A stretch of 63,937 nucleotides of DNA, counting the filler, from Chiloscyllium plagiosum (Eukaryota), in assembly GCF_004010195.1 (NCBI RefSeq). It is 4 parts of 2 records of this genome, joined end to end, with 100 filler letters (N's around TTAATTAATTAA, not from the genome) between each part and the next. Parts side by side here need not be neighbours in the genome. Positions count along the whole stretch, not along the records: positions 1 to 24,434 come from NC_057715.1; 3 more parts are not named here. The stretch is one strand, 5' to 3'. This document shows, one piece after another, positions 1 to 13,381 of the stretch. The position numbers were made by a program, and so were the translations under genes. Within the stretch, counting starts at the first letter, position 1. Each line of letters opens with the position of its first letter. Below the pieces are notes generated by a model. The model was not told where the DNA came from. It worked only from the letters and a program-made list of their open reading frames with translations, and made no database searches.

Positions 1-1196
1 AAAGGAACTTTTACTATCATTTCTAATATTACTGGCTTGCCTACCTTCATATTTGATCCTCTCCTTCCTTATTTCTCTCTTTGTTATCCTCTGTTTGTTT
101 TTGTAGCCTTCCCAATCTTCTGATTTCCCAGTGCTCTTGGCCACTTTATAGGATCTCTCTTTTTCTTTGATACATTTCGTGACTTCCTTTGTCAGCCATG
201 GCTGTCTAATCCCTCCCCGGATAATCTTTCTTTTCTTGGGGATGAACCTCTGTACAGATTCCTCAATTATACCTACAAACTCCTGCCATTTTTGCTCTAC
301 TGTCTTACCCACTGGGCTCTGCTTCCAGTCGATTTCGTCAGTTCCTCTCTCATGCCCTCGTAATTACCTTTATTTAACTGTAACCCCATTACATCCGATT
401 TTACCTTCTCTCTTTCAAACTGTAGATTGAACGCTACCATATTATGATCGCTGCTTCATAAGTGTTCCCTTACTTTAAGATCTTTTATAAAGTCTGGTTC
501 ATTACATAGCACTAGGTCCAGAATAGCCTGCTCCCTTGTGGGCTCCATGACAAGCTGTTCAAAAAAGCCATCCTGTAAGCCTTCCATGAATTCCTTTTCT
601 TTGGATCCACTGGCTACATTATTTACCCAGTCCACCTGCATATTGAAGTCTCCCATGATCACCGTGACCTTGCCTTTCTGATATGCCTTTTTTATTTCCC
701 GGAACATGTTGTGCCCCTGGTCCTGACCACTGTTAGGAGGTCTGTACATAACTCCCATTATTGCCTTTGTGGTTCCTCAATTCCACCCACACAGGCTCCA
801 CAACATCCGACCATATGTCGTTCAGTGCCATAGATTTAATTTTGTTCTTAACTAACAAGGCAACCCCGCCCCCTCTGCCCACCTCCCTGTCTTTTCGATA
901 AGTTGTAAATCCTTGGATGTTTAACTGCCAGTCCTGACCCCCCCTGCAGCCATGTCTCAGTGATGCCTACTACATCATAATCATTCACGATGATCTGTGC
1001 CATTAGTTCATTTACTTTGTTATGAATGCTACGAGCATTCAGGTAAAGTGCCTTAATGCTAACGTTCTTATCATTAGAGATATTGGAAGTCATAAGATGT
1101 CCTAAGTTACCCTTCCTTTTTGTTGCATTCCGAGTCTGCCTCAAGCTTAAATCCACCTGCATACATGCTATCCTCCTGCTTATCTTTCCATTTAAC
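1..1196 (-). mobile_element. CR1-clade LINE ORF2 fragment (APE endonuclease), frameshifted
   Basis: Motifs LYLNARSIHNK, DYDVVGITETWL, GVMYRPPNS, IMGDFN and PTREQAILDLVL in minus-strand ORFs 848-1162 and 456-758. Confidence 0.93.
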
Positions 1197-2600
1197 TTAC
1201 TTCAGATGACAAATCTCAACAGCTACATTCTCAGATAAGAATTTGGATTTTTCCCTTTGTAGCATGCAAGACTCTGCTCGTTCTTCATGAGCTTTTCCAA
1301 TATTTTCCACTGTTTTTAGCCAAGTTGAGCTTTAACAGGCAGGTTTGCTGTTGGTATGGCTCCTGCAGCCTTTTTGCTGCTTGCTGCTAATTTTCACAGG
1401 AGTTAACAGGTGCTGCTTGCTTTGAAACTGCCGAATATATGAAGATATAATCACAGTTTTCTGAGTGGGAATTTTTCTTCATTTCTCTTCAGAATGTTGG
1501 GCTTTTATAGAGTTGGAAGATTTTTTTTTCAGGCTCGCATTGGCTGTTTGAAACCCACTCACAACTACCATGCAATCAAGTCAATCATGGGTGGGCAACA
1601 ATTGTTGGCCTTGCCAGAGACCCCACATCATATACATGAATGATTCAAAAAGAACAATTCTGAAATAGATGGAGGCCATTCAGATCAGTGATGGTTCTCT
1701 GCAAGACAGCAATGCAAGACGGTAGCCATGCAAAAATATTCTCTTTCAATAATTATCCACCCCCCCTTTTGAAAATCACAATTGAATCTGCCTCCCAACA
1801 TCACATTCCCAAGGACTTTCATTCTCGATCCTAACCTTCCACTGGGGAAATGAAGGCTTTCCTTCTTTTGCTGTTGGTTTACTTTAGGTCAGTGTGCCCT
1901 AGTTCTTGACCCCTTAGTGAATAGAGACAGTGTCTCCCTATTAACTCAGTCCAGGCCCCTCATGACTTTTGAATACCTCTATCAAATCCTCCTTTCAATC
2001 TTCCCCTTCTGGGGAACATGCCCTCAACGTTCAGTTTGTGACATAATCTGTCGCAAATCTCGAGCTATTTCCAAATCAATAGATTGACAATATGCCACTT
2101 CAGGGTGGATTACATCTTAGCTGCAGCCAGATTAATGCATTGGACAAGCAAATGATTATGACTGGGAGTTAAGGATAGCCAGCTCGGCATTTCTTCTGCA
2201 TTGGTAGGCGTTAGACATCAGGACCCTGTGGATTGTCCAAACTGTGAGGGAACTCTGCAGCAGATTGAAGATTCTCATGGACAACTTCCCTGAACCGAGC
2301 AACCCTCTGAAAGTTTCCATTCGGATCAGAGAATTCGGAGGGTCCTGGTCCATTGAATGAATAGCGACCCAGGAAAGATGAGACAATCAAACAGCCAGTC
2401 TAACTTCTTTGTAACCATTCAACTGATTTTCCCCAACCTGCTATGCACCTCTCTGTTACCTGTTATCCTAAAACTATGACCTCTTATTTTATCATTTCCT
2501 AACATGAGAAAACATCCTTTCTATGTGCACTTTGTCAATCCCCTTTAGCATTTGTGTCTTTCATCTCCTGCCCTCCAACATCTGTCCTAAGATTGTGTTA

Positions 2601-2832
2601 GAATCATAGAAAATTAACAATGTGGAAGCAGGCCATTCGGCCCATCAAGTCCAAACCAACCCTCGAAGAACTTCCCACCCTAGCGCATTTCCGTAACCCT
2701 GCGTTTCCCATGGTTAACCCACCTAACCTACACATTCCTGAACACTGTGGGCAATTTAGCCTGGCCAATCCACCCAACCTGCACATCTTTGGACTGTAGG
2801 AGGAAACTCACACAGAGATGGGGAGAACATGA
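2601..2832 (-). mobile_element. HE1-type SINE, partial
   Basis: Reverse complement of the V-SINE core (gtccaaagatgtgcaggtt...gctaaattgccc) shared with 20645-20958. Confidence 0.8.
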
Positions 2833-2939
2833 GTACTTTTCTACACTGTGGGCTATTCTGATTTAACCATTCAATTCCTTATAATAATAGAGCAGTGGGC
2901 TGTTATTGTCTTTTGTGTTAGTTGATTTCACACTTCAGT

Positions 2940-3135
2940 TATGGTAGTCAGTTTGGACACAGCAATGTCCCACAAATGGCAATGCATGGAAGACCAGATA
3001 ATGGTGATATTGATTGAGGGGTTCACTATTCACCAGGACACAGGGAAGTATCAATACTGTCCCCCTTAAAATAACACAATGAAATCTTTTTATCCATCAG
3101 AAGAGTGGACAAGACTTTGATTCAGCATCTCTGAA
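2940..3135 (-). mobile_element. Deu-domain SINE (SacSINE1-like) remnant
   Basis: Similar to the reverse complement of the 25805-25995 segment; heavily decayed. Confidence 0.5.
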
Positions 3136-3187
3136 GAATTTGATTCTGGTTTCAAATCACATAATCCAGTTTTTTTTTTCTCCACTA

Positions 3188-3470
3188 GGGCAGCAAGGTA
3201 GCTCAGTGCAGTTTGCACATTCACCTCATCTCTGTGTGGGTTTCCTCCCATGGTCCAAAGATGTGCAGGTTGGGTGGATTGCCCATGCTAAATTGCCCCT
3301 AGTGTTCAGGGTTGTGTAGGTCGGGTGGATTAACCATGGGAAATGCAGGGAATAAAGGGATGCGGCGGGGGTTGGGGGGATGGCGGTTGAGTCTGCGTGG
3401 GATGCACTTCAGGGGGGGTCGATGTGGACTCAATGGGCCAAATGGTCGGCTTCCACACTGTAGGGATTCT
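3188..3470 (+). mobile_element. HE1-type SINE, internally deleted
   Basis: gcagtttgcacatt...gtgggtttcctcc...gtccaaagatgtgcaggtt...gctaaattgccc core, with ttccacactgtagggattct tail. Confidence 0.8.
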
Positions 3471-4436
3471 TTCCCAGATTCATCACAATTTTCCTTGATG
3501 CAGAATGCTAAAAATCAGATGGATTTCCAAATAATCCCTTACAAGTATTTAAAGGTGAGGTTATTAAATTTTGTTGTACAATTTTTGAATCCTTTTTTTT
3601 GTCCTCCAGGTTCTGGCTATTCTTGGGCTGATCTGAAACTCCACTTCTTTATTATCACTCTAAGTTTGGCCTACTCTTCAGAGTGAAAAAGCACAGTTTA
3701 ATAAATTGTAAAGCTGGCAAGTAAATGTTCTGATGGTACTGAGGTTCCATTTTCAGGTAAATGAGTCAGCCCAGTCTGCGCTAATTGCAAATTTTACTGG
3801 TTTTTTCCTTTAGTTCATTTTTTTTTCTTCCAAGGTAATCATAAATAAAACTAAAATCACTACTGTGTCTGCTGGTTGGATTTTTAGTTTCTGAACAGTG
3901 GTTTCTACTCTGTAACGGGCACTTTTAAAAAAGAACTCTATTTGAAGTTGAAATTCTAATGATTCTAGGCAGACACTGGGCACTGTGACTAGCTTCCACT
4001 TCAGTGCCAATGGCACTTTATCACTCTTACTCTGCATAAGAAGCAAGGACATTTAAGCTCTGTCTTTGTTCTGCTTTGAGTCAAGGTTTCAGAACCACAC
4101 GTACTGAACCTCTGCCTCTGGGGCAAGATCTTATTCCCACAGGAATACGCTCCATTTCATCGAGATACCTGGACATAATATAAGGCTAATCTAAAAGAAA
4201 TTGAATGGGATTCGGGATGCAGCGTCTTGTGGTGCAGTGCTAGTACCTCTGAGCCAGGAGGCCAGAGTTCAAGTCCCACCTGCTCCAGAAGGGTGGAACA
4301 GTGGCTTAGTGGTTAGCAGTGCTGCCTCATAGCACCAGGGAACAGGGTTTGATTCCACTCAAGGACGACTAGATGTGTGAGGAGTTTGCATATTCTCCCC
4401 ATGTCAGTTGGGTTTCCTCCCATAGTTCAATGACAA

Positions 4437-4895
4437 GGATGTTGCCAGGGTTGGAGGGTTTGAGTTATATGGAGAGGCTGAATGGGCTGGAGGCTGTTTT
4501 CCCTGGAGCGTAAGAGGCTGAGGGGCGACCTTATAGAGGTTTATAACATCATGAGGGGCATGGATAGGATAAATCAACAAGGTATTTTCCCTGGGGTGGG
4601 GGAGTCCAGAACTTGAGGGCACAGGTTTAGGGTGAGAGGGGAAATATTTAAAAGGGACCTAAGGGACATTTTTTTCACACAGAGGGTGATGCGTGTATGG
4701 AATGAGCTGTCCGAGGAACTGATGGAGACTGGTACAATTTTAATATTTAAAAGGCTAGGTATATGAATTGGAAGGGTTTGGAGGGATATGGGCCAAGTGC
4801 TGGCAAATGGGATTATATTGGGTTGGGATATCTGGTCGGCAAGGACGAGTTGGACCAAAGGGCCTCTTTCTGTGCTTTATGTCTCTGTGACCCTA
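4437..4895 (+). mobile_element. CR1/HER1-type LINE 3' end
   Basis: RMLPGLEGLSY..RL...RLRGDLIEVY...FFTQRVMRVWNEL plus 3' UTR, matching the other copies in the window. Flanked by HE1 SINE pieces at ~4290-4425 and ~4955-5135. Confidence 0.9.
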
Positions 4896-7639
4896 TGTAC
4901 AGTTTTGGTGGTTTGGCCAGGGTACATTTGAGGTTATTGGTAAATAGGATAGGACAGGGTGGCATGGTGGCACAGTGGTTAGCACTGCTGCCTCACAGCG
5001 CCAGAGACCCAGGTTCAATTCCCGCCTCAGGCAGCTGACTTTGTGGAGTTTGCAAATTCTCCCCAATGTTTGCACATTGTGGTGCAGCCACAATGGGCCA
5101 AATGGATTCTTTCCACAATGTAGGGACTCTAGGATTCTAGCATCTCCACACAGAAAATTATGATTTCCAGATTGGTAAATATAAATTAGATTGGATACAA
5201 TGGATCCAAATTGGACCCATTGTGACTGACCACCCTACTGGGTTTTCTCCAGCAACATGTACTGAATCCTTTTAGAATATCAGCTACTGCCCAGCTGATA
5301 CCTGGAGCTCAAACCTGGAAAATCTTGAACCACATCTCTCGAGACTCAAACCAACCAACCTCCATCAAGTCTTCAACTATTATCACTTTTATCTCATCAT
5401 ATTTACACAAGTTACAGAGGCTCATAGAACAAGTCAGAGGATGGTGCAACCAGGATATATTCCAGAGAAGTCAATATATCTTGTAATCTAGGCCGAGGGC
5501 GTCTTGTGGTGCACTATTAATGTCCCCTACCTCTGGGCCAATAGGCTGAGGCTTAAGTTCCACCTCCTCCACACATGTTTATAACATATTTGAACAAGTT
5601 GAATAAAATATCTATCATCTAGGTTGAAATTGTAGAGCAGCAATGCGGGAGCATTGCACTGTTTGAGCTGTCATCTTTCAGATGAGATGACCTCCACAAT
5701 TCTTCTTTGAAAGAGAATCTTAGGATTCATTTTCACAAAGAGAAGGCAAACAGGGCTGTGATTTAATGGGAATTGGAAGAAGTGTTTTTTATAGGACAAT
5801 GGGGAAATAATAGTGGAGTGAGACTAACTTCAAAAAGGATGGGCATTGATGCATAATGTCAAGTATCTTCTTCCTGCACTGTATCATTCTGTGATTTTTC
5901 TTCATTCATTTGGGCATGGGCATCACTTGCTGGGCCAGCACTTACTACCCATCTCTAGTTGCCTTGAGAAGATGGTGGTGAGCTGTCTTCTTGAGTTATT
6001 GCAGTCATGTGCTTTAGGTAGACCCACATGCTATTGGAAGGAGTTCCAAGGTTTAGTCTCAACAACACTGCAGGGATGGAAACATATATCTAAGTCAGAA
6101 TGGTGGTGTTATGCTGTGAACATATGAGTGTGATGATACAAGCATTATCTCTGAAAGTGGAGCACCCCCTTAGTCCTGCACTGCAACGTCAGCCTAGATC
6201 TTGTGAGCTACTCTTTGGGATGGTATAACAACCACAAAACCTTCTGATTCAGAGGCAGAAGTACTATCCACAGCTTTCATATTGTCAACATGATGATGTA
6301 ATTTGAATTTAATTGAAAAAGCCTGAATTAGAGAGTTGACCTAATAACCAGCATATGACCACTCTCAATTGTCATGAAAACCCATCTGGTTTATTGATGT
6401 CCTTTAGTGAAGGAAATCCTTACTGGATCTGGCTTACATGTGACTCCAGACCCACAGCAATGTGGTTGACTCTCAATTGCTCTCTCGACAATTGGGAATG
6501 AGCAATAAGTGCTGGTCCAGCCAATGAGTCCCACATCCCATGAACAACTTTTTAAAACAGTAGATTCATGTTTCTTGTTGGGCAATACTCAGCTGAGTCA
6601 AGAGTTAAAGTAAGTAAAAGGTTATAATATTTCTGTATAATTCTCAGTCATAGGATCTCCTGCTTTTCCAGCCAATGACCTTCAGAGTTTATATTAACAG
6701 TATGCAGTGAAAAATCCCACAGAGAACCAATACCTGCAGTTTCTGTCTAATAATTGTTTTTAAAATTTACACTATTTATTCAATGGAGTGCAACACTATT
6801 CCTTAATCTTGTGCTGTCTTATGCAGAAAGAAGTGGAAAACAATGTTTACATGTTTTAAAATGTAAAATAGTTCTTCCATGCGGCTTCGCATTAGGAAAG
6901 CTTCACATCACTGGTGTGACCTAGGGGTTGTTAGTTTCACATAAATGATTAATGAGCAGGTTCCATCCAGACTCAACTTATGTTGAAGAAGGAATCTTTG
7001 CCATGACAGTCTACTCTGTTTCTGTCACCTACATTGGAGTATGGCAGAATAGGAACAGCTTTTAGCAAATAAATACACTGCACAATGTAATGCTAAGCCA
7101 CAGGGACCGTCAATGTGTCAGGATCAATCCATATTCTACCTGCCAAGTTGGCTGATCCCAGTTGTTAAAGGCATTGAGGAGATTTGATCACAATGGTTTG
7201 TGCTGAGGACTGGAAAAAATCGCCAGCATTTATCCTCCAACTTTGACTCTTTCCTGTTTGCACAGTAAGTAAGGGTTGGATCAGGACCCCAACCAAATAG
7301 CTCAATGTCCCGAACCACAGCTCGGCTGCAGGGTAAGGCTGTGAGTTGCAGCTGATGGTGGGAAGACATTGGGTCAGCATTACAACACCATCAAATCCAT
7401 CTCCGACATTAACGGAGGTCTCTCCTGAAATCAAAATCCCACCCATGGTTTAAACCTACAACTAACAGACAAACGATCTTGTTAAAGGCCCAGTCAACAG
7501 TGAATTTACAATGTCCACCCCATTTCTTGTTGGGTGCAAAGAAATAACAGGAGGAGTGAGTCACGTCAGCTTTGAGTTGACAGCACAAGGGAAAGTAGGA
7601 AAACCTCCTTGTGGGGCTAGAATGACAAGCTCCAATTTC

Positions 7640-8050
7640 AAAACCACCTCACCTTCTGCTTGGGCAGCGTACAGCTCAGAGGACTCAACATTGAGTTCTC
7701 CAATTTCAAGTAACCTCCCTTCCCATCACCAGACTCCCTTCCCAGCCCCTCCTCCCTCCCTTCCTCTCATCAACTCTTCCTTCCAGCTACCAACTGGATT
7801 AATTCCTCCCATTGACCAACCAGGTCATGCCTTCTACCCGTGTTCACATTTCCTCGCCTCACCACCCTGCTCACCCCCCAGCCCCTTTACCTGTAGCTCC
7901 CCTTACATCCACCCCCAGTCTGAAGAAGGGTTACATCTGAAATGTTGACTTCTCCACCTCCTGATGCTACCTGGCTTGCTGTATTCCTCCAGCTTCCTGC
8001 TTTTCTACCTTGGATTCCTGGCATCTGCAGTTCTTTTGTCTCTAACAAAG
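7640..8050 (+). mobile_element. Penelope-like element 3' end (end of GIY-YIG domain, C-rich tract, pLTR with degenerate hammerhead)
   Basis: HLTFCLGSVQLRGLNIEFSNFK* followed by a pyrimidine-rich tract, ctgaagaagggttacatctgaaatgttga and the gcatctgcag tail. Confidence 0.75.
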
Positions 8051-8654
8051 TGGGGCTATAATAGCAGCAGATGTGAAGGTGATGGCATTTTCACATATGC
8101 AGACAGCGTGGGTTCAATTCCTGTACCAGTTGAGGTTACCATGAAGGACTCGCCTTCTCAACCTTGCCCCTCATCTGAGGTGCAGTCGCCCTCAGGTTCA
8201 ACTCACCACAGTAGCCTCTTTCTAATGAGTGAATGGTCCTTTGGGACTATGACAACTTGAAAAAGGCCTTATTAATTCACTCTGCCTTAATCAGGAAGGG
8301 GAAAGTGAGAGAGGGCAGGAGGTCTTTCCCTTGGTTGGTGGTGGCTGACTTCCAGTCCATGCTTTTATCATTTTCCCCATATTTTAAATTGTATGCCCCG
8401 GTTCTGGTCTCTTCCACAAGGGGGCACATCCTTTCAACTTCCACTCAGTCAAGTTCACTCTTGATATCTTTCAACAAGATCGCCTCTCATACTTCTCAAT
8501 ATCAATGGATCTAGGCCCAATGCAATTATATTCATTCTTAAATAAAGTAATGAAGTACTCTTGAAATGTCATCACGGTGGTATTGTACTCCACTATCAAA
8601 ATAGATCATTCAGAGGACCAAGACAGGTCAAATGGATTGCTTAACGAAAAAAAA

Positions 8655-8880
8655 AGAACTGCAGATGCTGGAAATCAGAAACATTACTGGAAAACCTCAG
8701 CAGGTTTGGCAGCATCTGTGGAGAGAAATCAGAGTAAACATTTCGAATCCAGTGACCTTAATTCAGAAATCTGAAGAATTTTTGAAGAAGGGTCACTGGA
8801 CCTGAAACATTAACTCTGATTTCTCTCCACACAAGCTGCCAGACCTTCTGAGTTTATCATACAATTTATGTTTTTGTTGT
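8655..8880. mobile_element. Fold-back (inverted pLTR pair) Penelope-derived element, family 3
   Basis: ggcagcatctgtggagagaaatcagagtaaacatttcgaatccagtgacc is mirrored by ggtcactggacctgaaacattaactctgatttctctccacacaagctgcc. Confidence 0.7.
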
Positions 8881-9509
8881 AAATGGTTTGCTTTCCAACT
8901 GACCCTAAAATGCTAACTGCTGTAAATCTGTATTAGCAATGCTTCTATGCTAATGCAAGCTTTAATCATAATGAGACGAAACATGACCAAAGCAATTAAC
9001 AGTGCAAGCTGTGTAGATTTTATGGGGGAGTGGGATTGGTACCAGGAGCATCAATTATCATATTGTTAAAAAGCCTTTGTAGCCTTCAATATCTATTTTC
9101 TCCATTCACAAGTCTCTATTAAAGATACATCCTTTCACCATGATGCAATAATCCTATCTTAACATAAGAGTGATCTTGATTTTGTTCTGAAATCATGCAT
9201 TAGGATGTGTTTGAAAACTGTTTTGAGTTTGGGAATCCATATTTCTAAGGAGTGTGTCTGTAAAAGTAACAGCTTATGTAAAAGTCCAGAGTGTCAGTGA
9301 GAGAGCTTACATGAGAAATGAGTTTGTTAAGATGTGGTGAGAATACTCACTAGATTGCAAAAAAAAACTATGAAACTCGATTAAACTGACACTTAGCCAA
9401 AAGAAATTAAGATTCAGGCCCTTGAAATCAGCCCTGCTTATAGGATTTTATTCAGACAACAGATAACTCCTTCACCCATCAACAATGACTCTCAGTCTGA
9501 TAGTGCAAT

Positions 9510-9725
9510 TGTTCTTAAATTCTCAAAATTATTTTCAGATTCCTTGATTGTTTTCCCGGTCTCTAACTCTGTTATCTTCTCCAGTCCTACAGCCCTCTGA
9601 GATATCAGCACTTCTCCAATTTGTGGCCTCTTGCACTGCCCTAGTTTGCACCACTCTGTCATTGGTAGCAATGCCTTCAGCTGCCCAAACCCTTAGCTCT
9701 GGAATTTCCTCCTAAAACCTGTCAG
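9510..9725 (+). mobile_element. L2-type LINE 3' remnant
   Basis: ctccagtcctacagccctctgagat...tggcctcttg...attggtagcaatgccttcagctg...ctctggaatttcctcc resembles L2 tails. Confidence 0.5.
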
Positions 9726-10999
9726 CATTCACACTGTAATACTGTAGAACATAACATAGGATGATAAAACAGAGAAGGAACTTCAGCCTGAAGGTACTTT
9801 CTCTCCATACCATCCTCCCCCCACAAATCTTATCTAACTCTATCAGCCTATCATTTCATTTCAATATCCATCATGTGTTTAGTCACCTTTTTTTTAAGGC
9901 TATTTATTGCAACTATTCCTTATAAAAATTGATATCTTCATTCTTCGAACATACTGGGTAAATGATTTGTTTTGCAAGCTCCCTATTGGCTTAGCTCATC
10001 TGCCCTGATGACCCCTAAAGTGGCTTAGTATTAAACTTTGCATAAAATTGCTCCTGTGAATAATTTTGAGCCATTTTACTGCATTAAAGATTGTGCATAA
10101 AATGCTAATTGTTGTCAATTTGTCTCCATGCACAAGCTTAAAGAAAACTGCAATGTTTATATTCTTTGTACATTGTTCATCAGCTACATCCCTCGGACAA
10201 TCAAACTGTAGTCACATTGCTCCAGCCAACCTTTTCCAATGTCATAATTTCCCATGAGATAATAGACAAGGGAATTGTCACCCAGTATGGAAATTCCAGA
10301 ATTTAAAATACTGTCCTCTACAGAAGTAAAGCGGCAGGATTTTCTTATCAATACAAAGGAATATTGGACAGCATGCAATAGCAGGGCATTTCACAAACCA
10401 TTGCTGAGATTATTAGCTTTATAGCACTTGCATTGCATTCTGCTCTGCTAGATTAATGGAGCATTTAAAATACATATGCTAATTTTCCATTAGCATAGCT
10501 GTGAGGGATTTAGTATAAGGCAAACAGTTGTCTACAGTAACCAATACCATCCAGACTCTACCCTGTGCTGCTGATTAATATAAAAGAACATATTACAGAT
10601 CTTGAGAGAAAACCAATACTTTCCGTTATATAACATTTTCATAACCTCAGGACACACAAAAGGGTGTTGCACCTAATGTCATCAAATTGAAACGCACAAA
10701 ATGCAGCAGCCAACCCACACAGAGCAAAATCCCACAAAGGAAATGTCATAAATAGCCAGATTATTTCCCTTTTAACCCTGGTCGAGGGCTGGTGAGAGAT
10801 GTCAGGGAGTGGGTATAGCAGAATGAACATATGAATCAGGGCAGTAACAGGCAAATCAATCCCTCTAACCTGCTCTGTCTTCACCAAGATCATTGCTGAT
10901 CAGCTTGTAACTTCAAATCCACTTACAAGCTACTCCCTGCTAACCTTAACCCCTTTGCCTAACAAGAATTTATATACTTTTTCCTTATAGCTATTCAAC

Positions 11000-12200
11000 G
11001 ACTATGCTGCTAATACTTTTCTAGAAAAAGAGTTACAAAGACTCATGGCCTTCTAAGAAAATAAAAATCTCTCCTAATTTCTGTTTTTAACAGTGACTCA
11101 CAGTTCTAGATTCTTCTACAAGCGGAAATATCCTCTCCACATCTACCCATTCAAGACTCCTAAGGATTTTATATTTTTCTTTATTCATTCATAGGATGAG
11201 GGCATTGCTGGTTAGGTCAGCATTTATTGCCCATTCCTAATTGCCCAGAGGGCAGTTGAGAGTCAATTACATTGCTGTAGGTCTGGAGTCACATTTAAGC
11301 CAGACCAGGTAAGGATGGCAGTCTCCTTCTCTAAAATGGTTAGTGAAGCAGATGGATTTTTCCAACAATCAAATCATGGTCATCATTAGACACTTAATTC
11401 CAGAATTTTTATTATTGAATTCAAAGACCACCATTTCCCACTTTCCTGGAACATTATCTGGTCACCAGATTAACAGTCCAGTGACACCATGCCATCACCT
11501 TCCCCCAGTTTCAAACAAGTCAACTCTTACTCTTCAACAGTCCAGTGGATACAAGGATAGCCTGTAGAACCGCTCTTTATAAGACAAAACACACATTCCA
11601 GCTATTACTCATACAAACCTTCTGTTAACTATGTCCAATGCACTTACATCCTTCCTTAAAAAAGATGATTAAAATTCTAATGTGGTCTTAGCAGTGCCTG
11701 CATAATTGAAACATAACCTCCCTACTTTTGTATTCAACTATCCTTGTCATAAAGGATAACATTCTATTAGTTTTCCTGATTACTTGATGTACGTGTCTAC
11801 GAATGTTTTATGTTTCATGCGCTCAGGCACCCAGGTCCCTCTGTATCTCAGAGTTCTGCATCCTCTCACCATTTAGATAAAATGCTTCTTTTTAAAAAAT
11901 TGTTCCTGCCAAAATGGACACTTTCATACCTACCCACATTATACTCTATTTTCCAGCTGAATTAACCTACCAGTATATTTTTGTACATTCCATGTGTTGT
12001 CTTCACAATTTATTTTCTTACTTATCTTTGTGTCATCAGCACATTTCATCCCCTTATCTAAGCATTAATATGAATTGTAACTGTTGAGGTCACAGTACAA
12101 TATCATGCACACCACTTTTTACATCTTCTCAACCTGAAAGAGACCTTTTTATGTGCTCTGCTTCCTGTTAACCTGTCAATCTTCTGGCCATATCAACATA
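11000..12200 (-). mobile_element. Old CR1 RT remnant with a nested LINE/SINE tail at ~11180-11505
   Basis: Degenerate match to the CR1 copy at 19860-20640. The nested ttattcattcataggatgagggcattgctgg...catttattgcccattcctaattgccc repeat also occurs at ~5900, ~19470 and ~41960. Confidence 0.65.
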
Positions 12201-13381
12201 TTTTCCCCAATAACCTTTGGTGTCGAGTCTGTAGTTCAGCTGATAATTCCTCATATATAGTGTCTTTTAATTTATTGCCTACAACAGAGCTCCAATTGTT
12301 ACTCCATTTTAAGGGATGAAAATTGTTGCAACCCTTTGGTGAATGGTGGTGGGGAGAGGACAGGGAGAATACCTATGAGGGGGGTGAAGAAGGTCAGCTA
12401 TTACTGCCTTGGAGCTGAAATTGGGGCCCCAAATTCCATTTTGGAAAGACCTAATCTTCAATGTTAAAGGAGATGGTTTGCTCTGTGCATTGAGGTTGTG
12501 AACCTCTTCCTTACTAATAGGATTACAAATCATTGCATGACATGCATTGAGGAAATGTTCCCACTTTATGACAAAGCAATTATATTGATGCCAAGTTACA
12601 GCGTAAAAACCATTCAGTCTAATTGCTTATGCTCCAAATACATTTTCTGGCAACCACATTCATCAAATCTTATCACTATATCCTAAGCCCTTCTTAAATA
12701 CAACTAGGTTATTCACCTCAACTACTTTGTATTGTGGGAAGTCTGTATCGTAATCATCCTCCGTGTAAAATTATTTCTCTGTATGTTAATTGGATTCATG
12801 AGTAAAGAGCAAATCCTTGAAGTTATCCAGAGCACTGCTTCAACAGTTTAGATTAGGCATTTGATCAAAGAAACAGAAATACTGCAAACACTCAGCAAGT
12901 TGTGCAGTATCTGTGGAGAAAGAAACAGAGTTAATTGTTTCAGATTGTTGACTTCCCAATAGAGCTGGAACATTGAGTAATAGAAAAGGATTTAGTCCCT
13001 TGTGTATGGTCCATCATTCAACAATATTGTTAGTTCTCTGTGATCTAACTCCACAACTGCACTTGCTGGCGTTGGTTAACAAAAATCCGTCAATCTCAGA
13101 TTGTAAAATTCACAGTCGATCAAATGCTGGAAAAGGTTAGAGATGCAACAAGATGTAACACAGTCAAGGTACATTCCCATGAACGAGAGAGGCAAGGAAA
13201 ACAAATTCAAGAACTCCCTGGATGATAAAAGAGGTAGCGATTAAGATGAAGGAGAAAAAGCTGTCTTTATGATGGATGTCAGCTGAATAAGACAACTGAG
13301 AATCAGGCTGATTGCAAAAAGTTTAGAGGGAAAGTGTAAAAAACACAGAATCAAAGAGAGTATGACAAGAGACTGGCATGA

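Noticed and set aside
7136..7620. Unique-looking segment with short ORFs on both strands (similar cases at 2156-2386 and 27770-28004)
   Set aside because: No recognisable motif and no consistent splice-site pair; cannot be supported without a database search.
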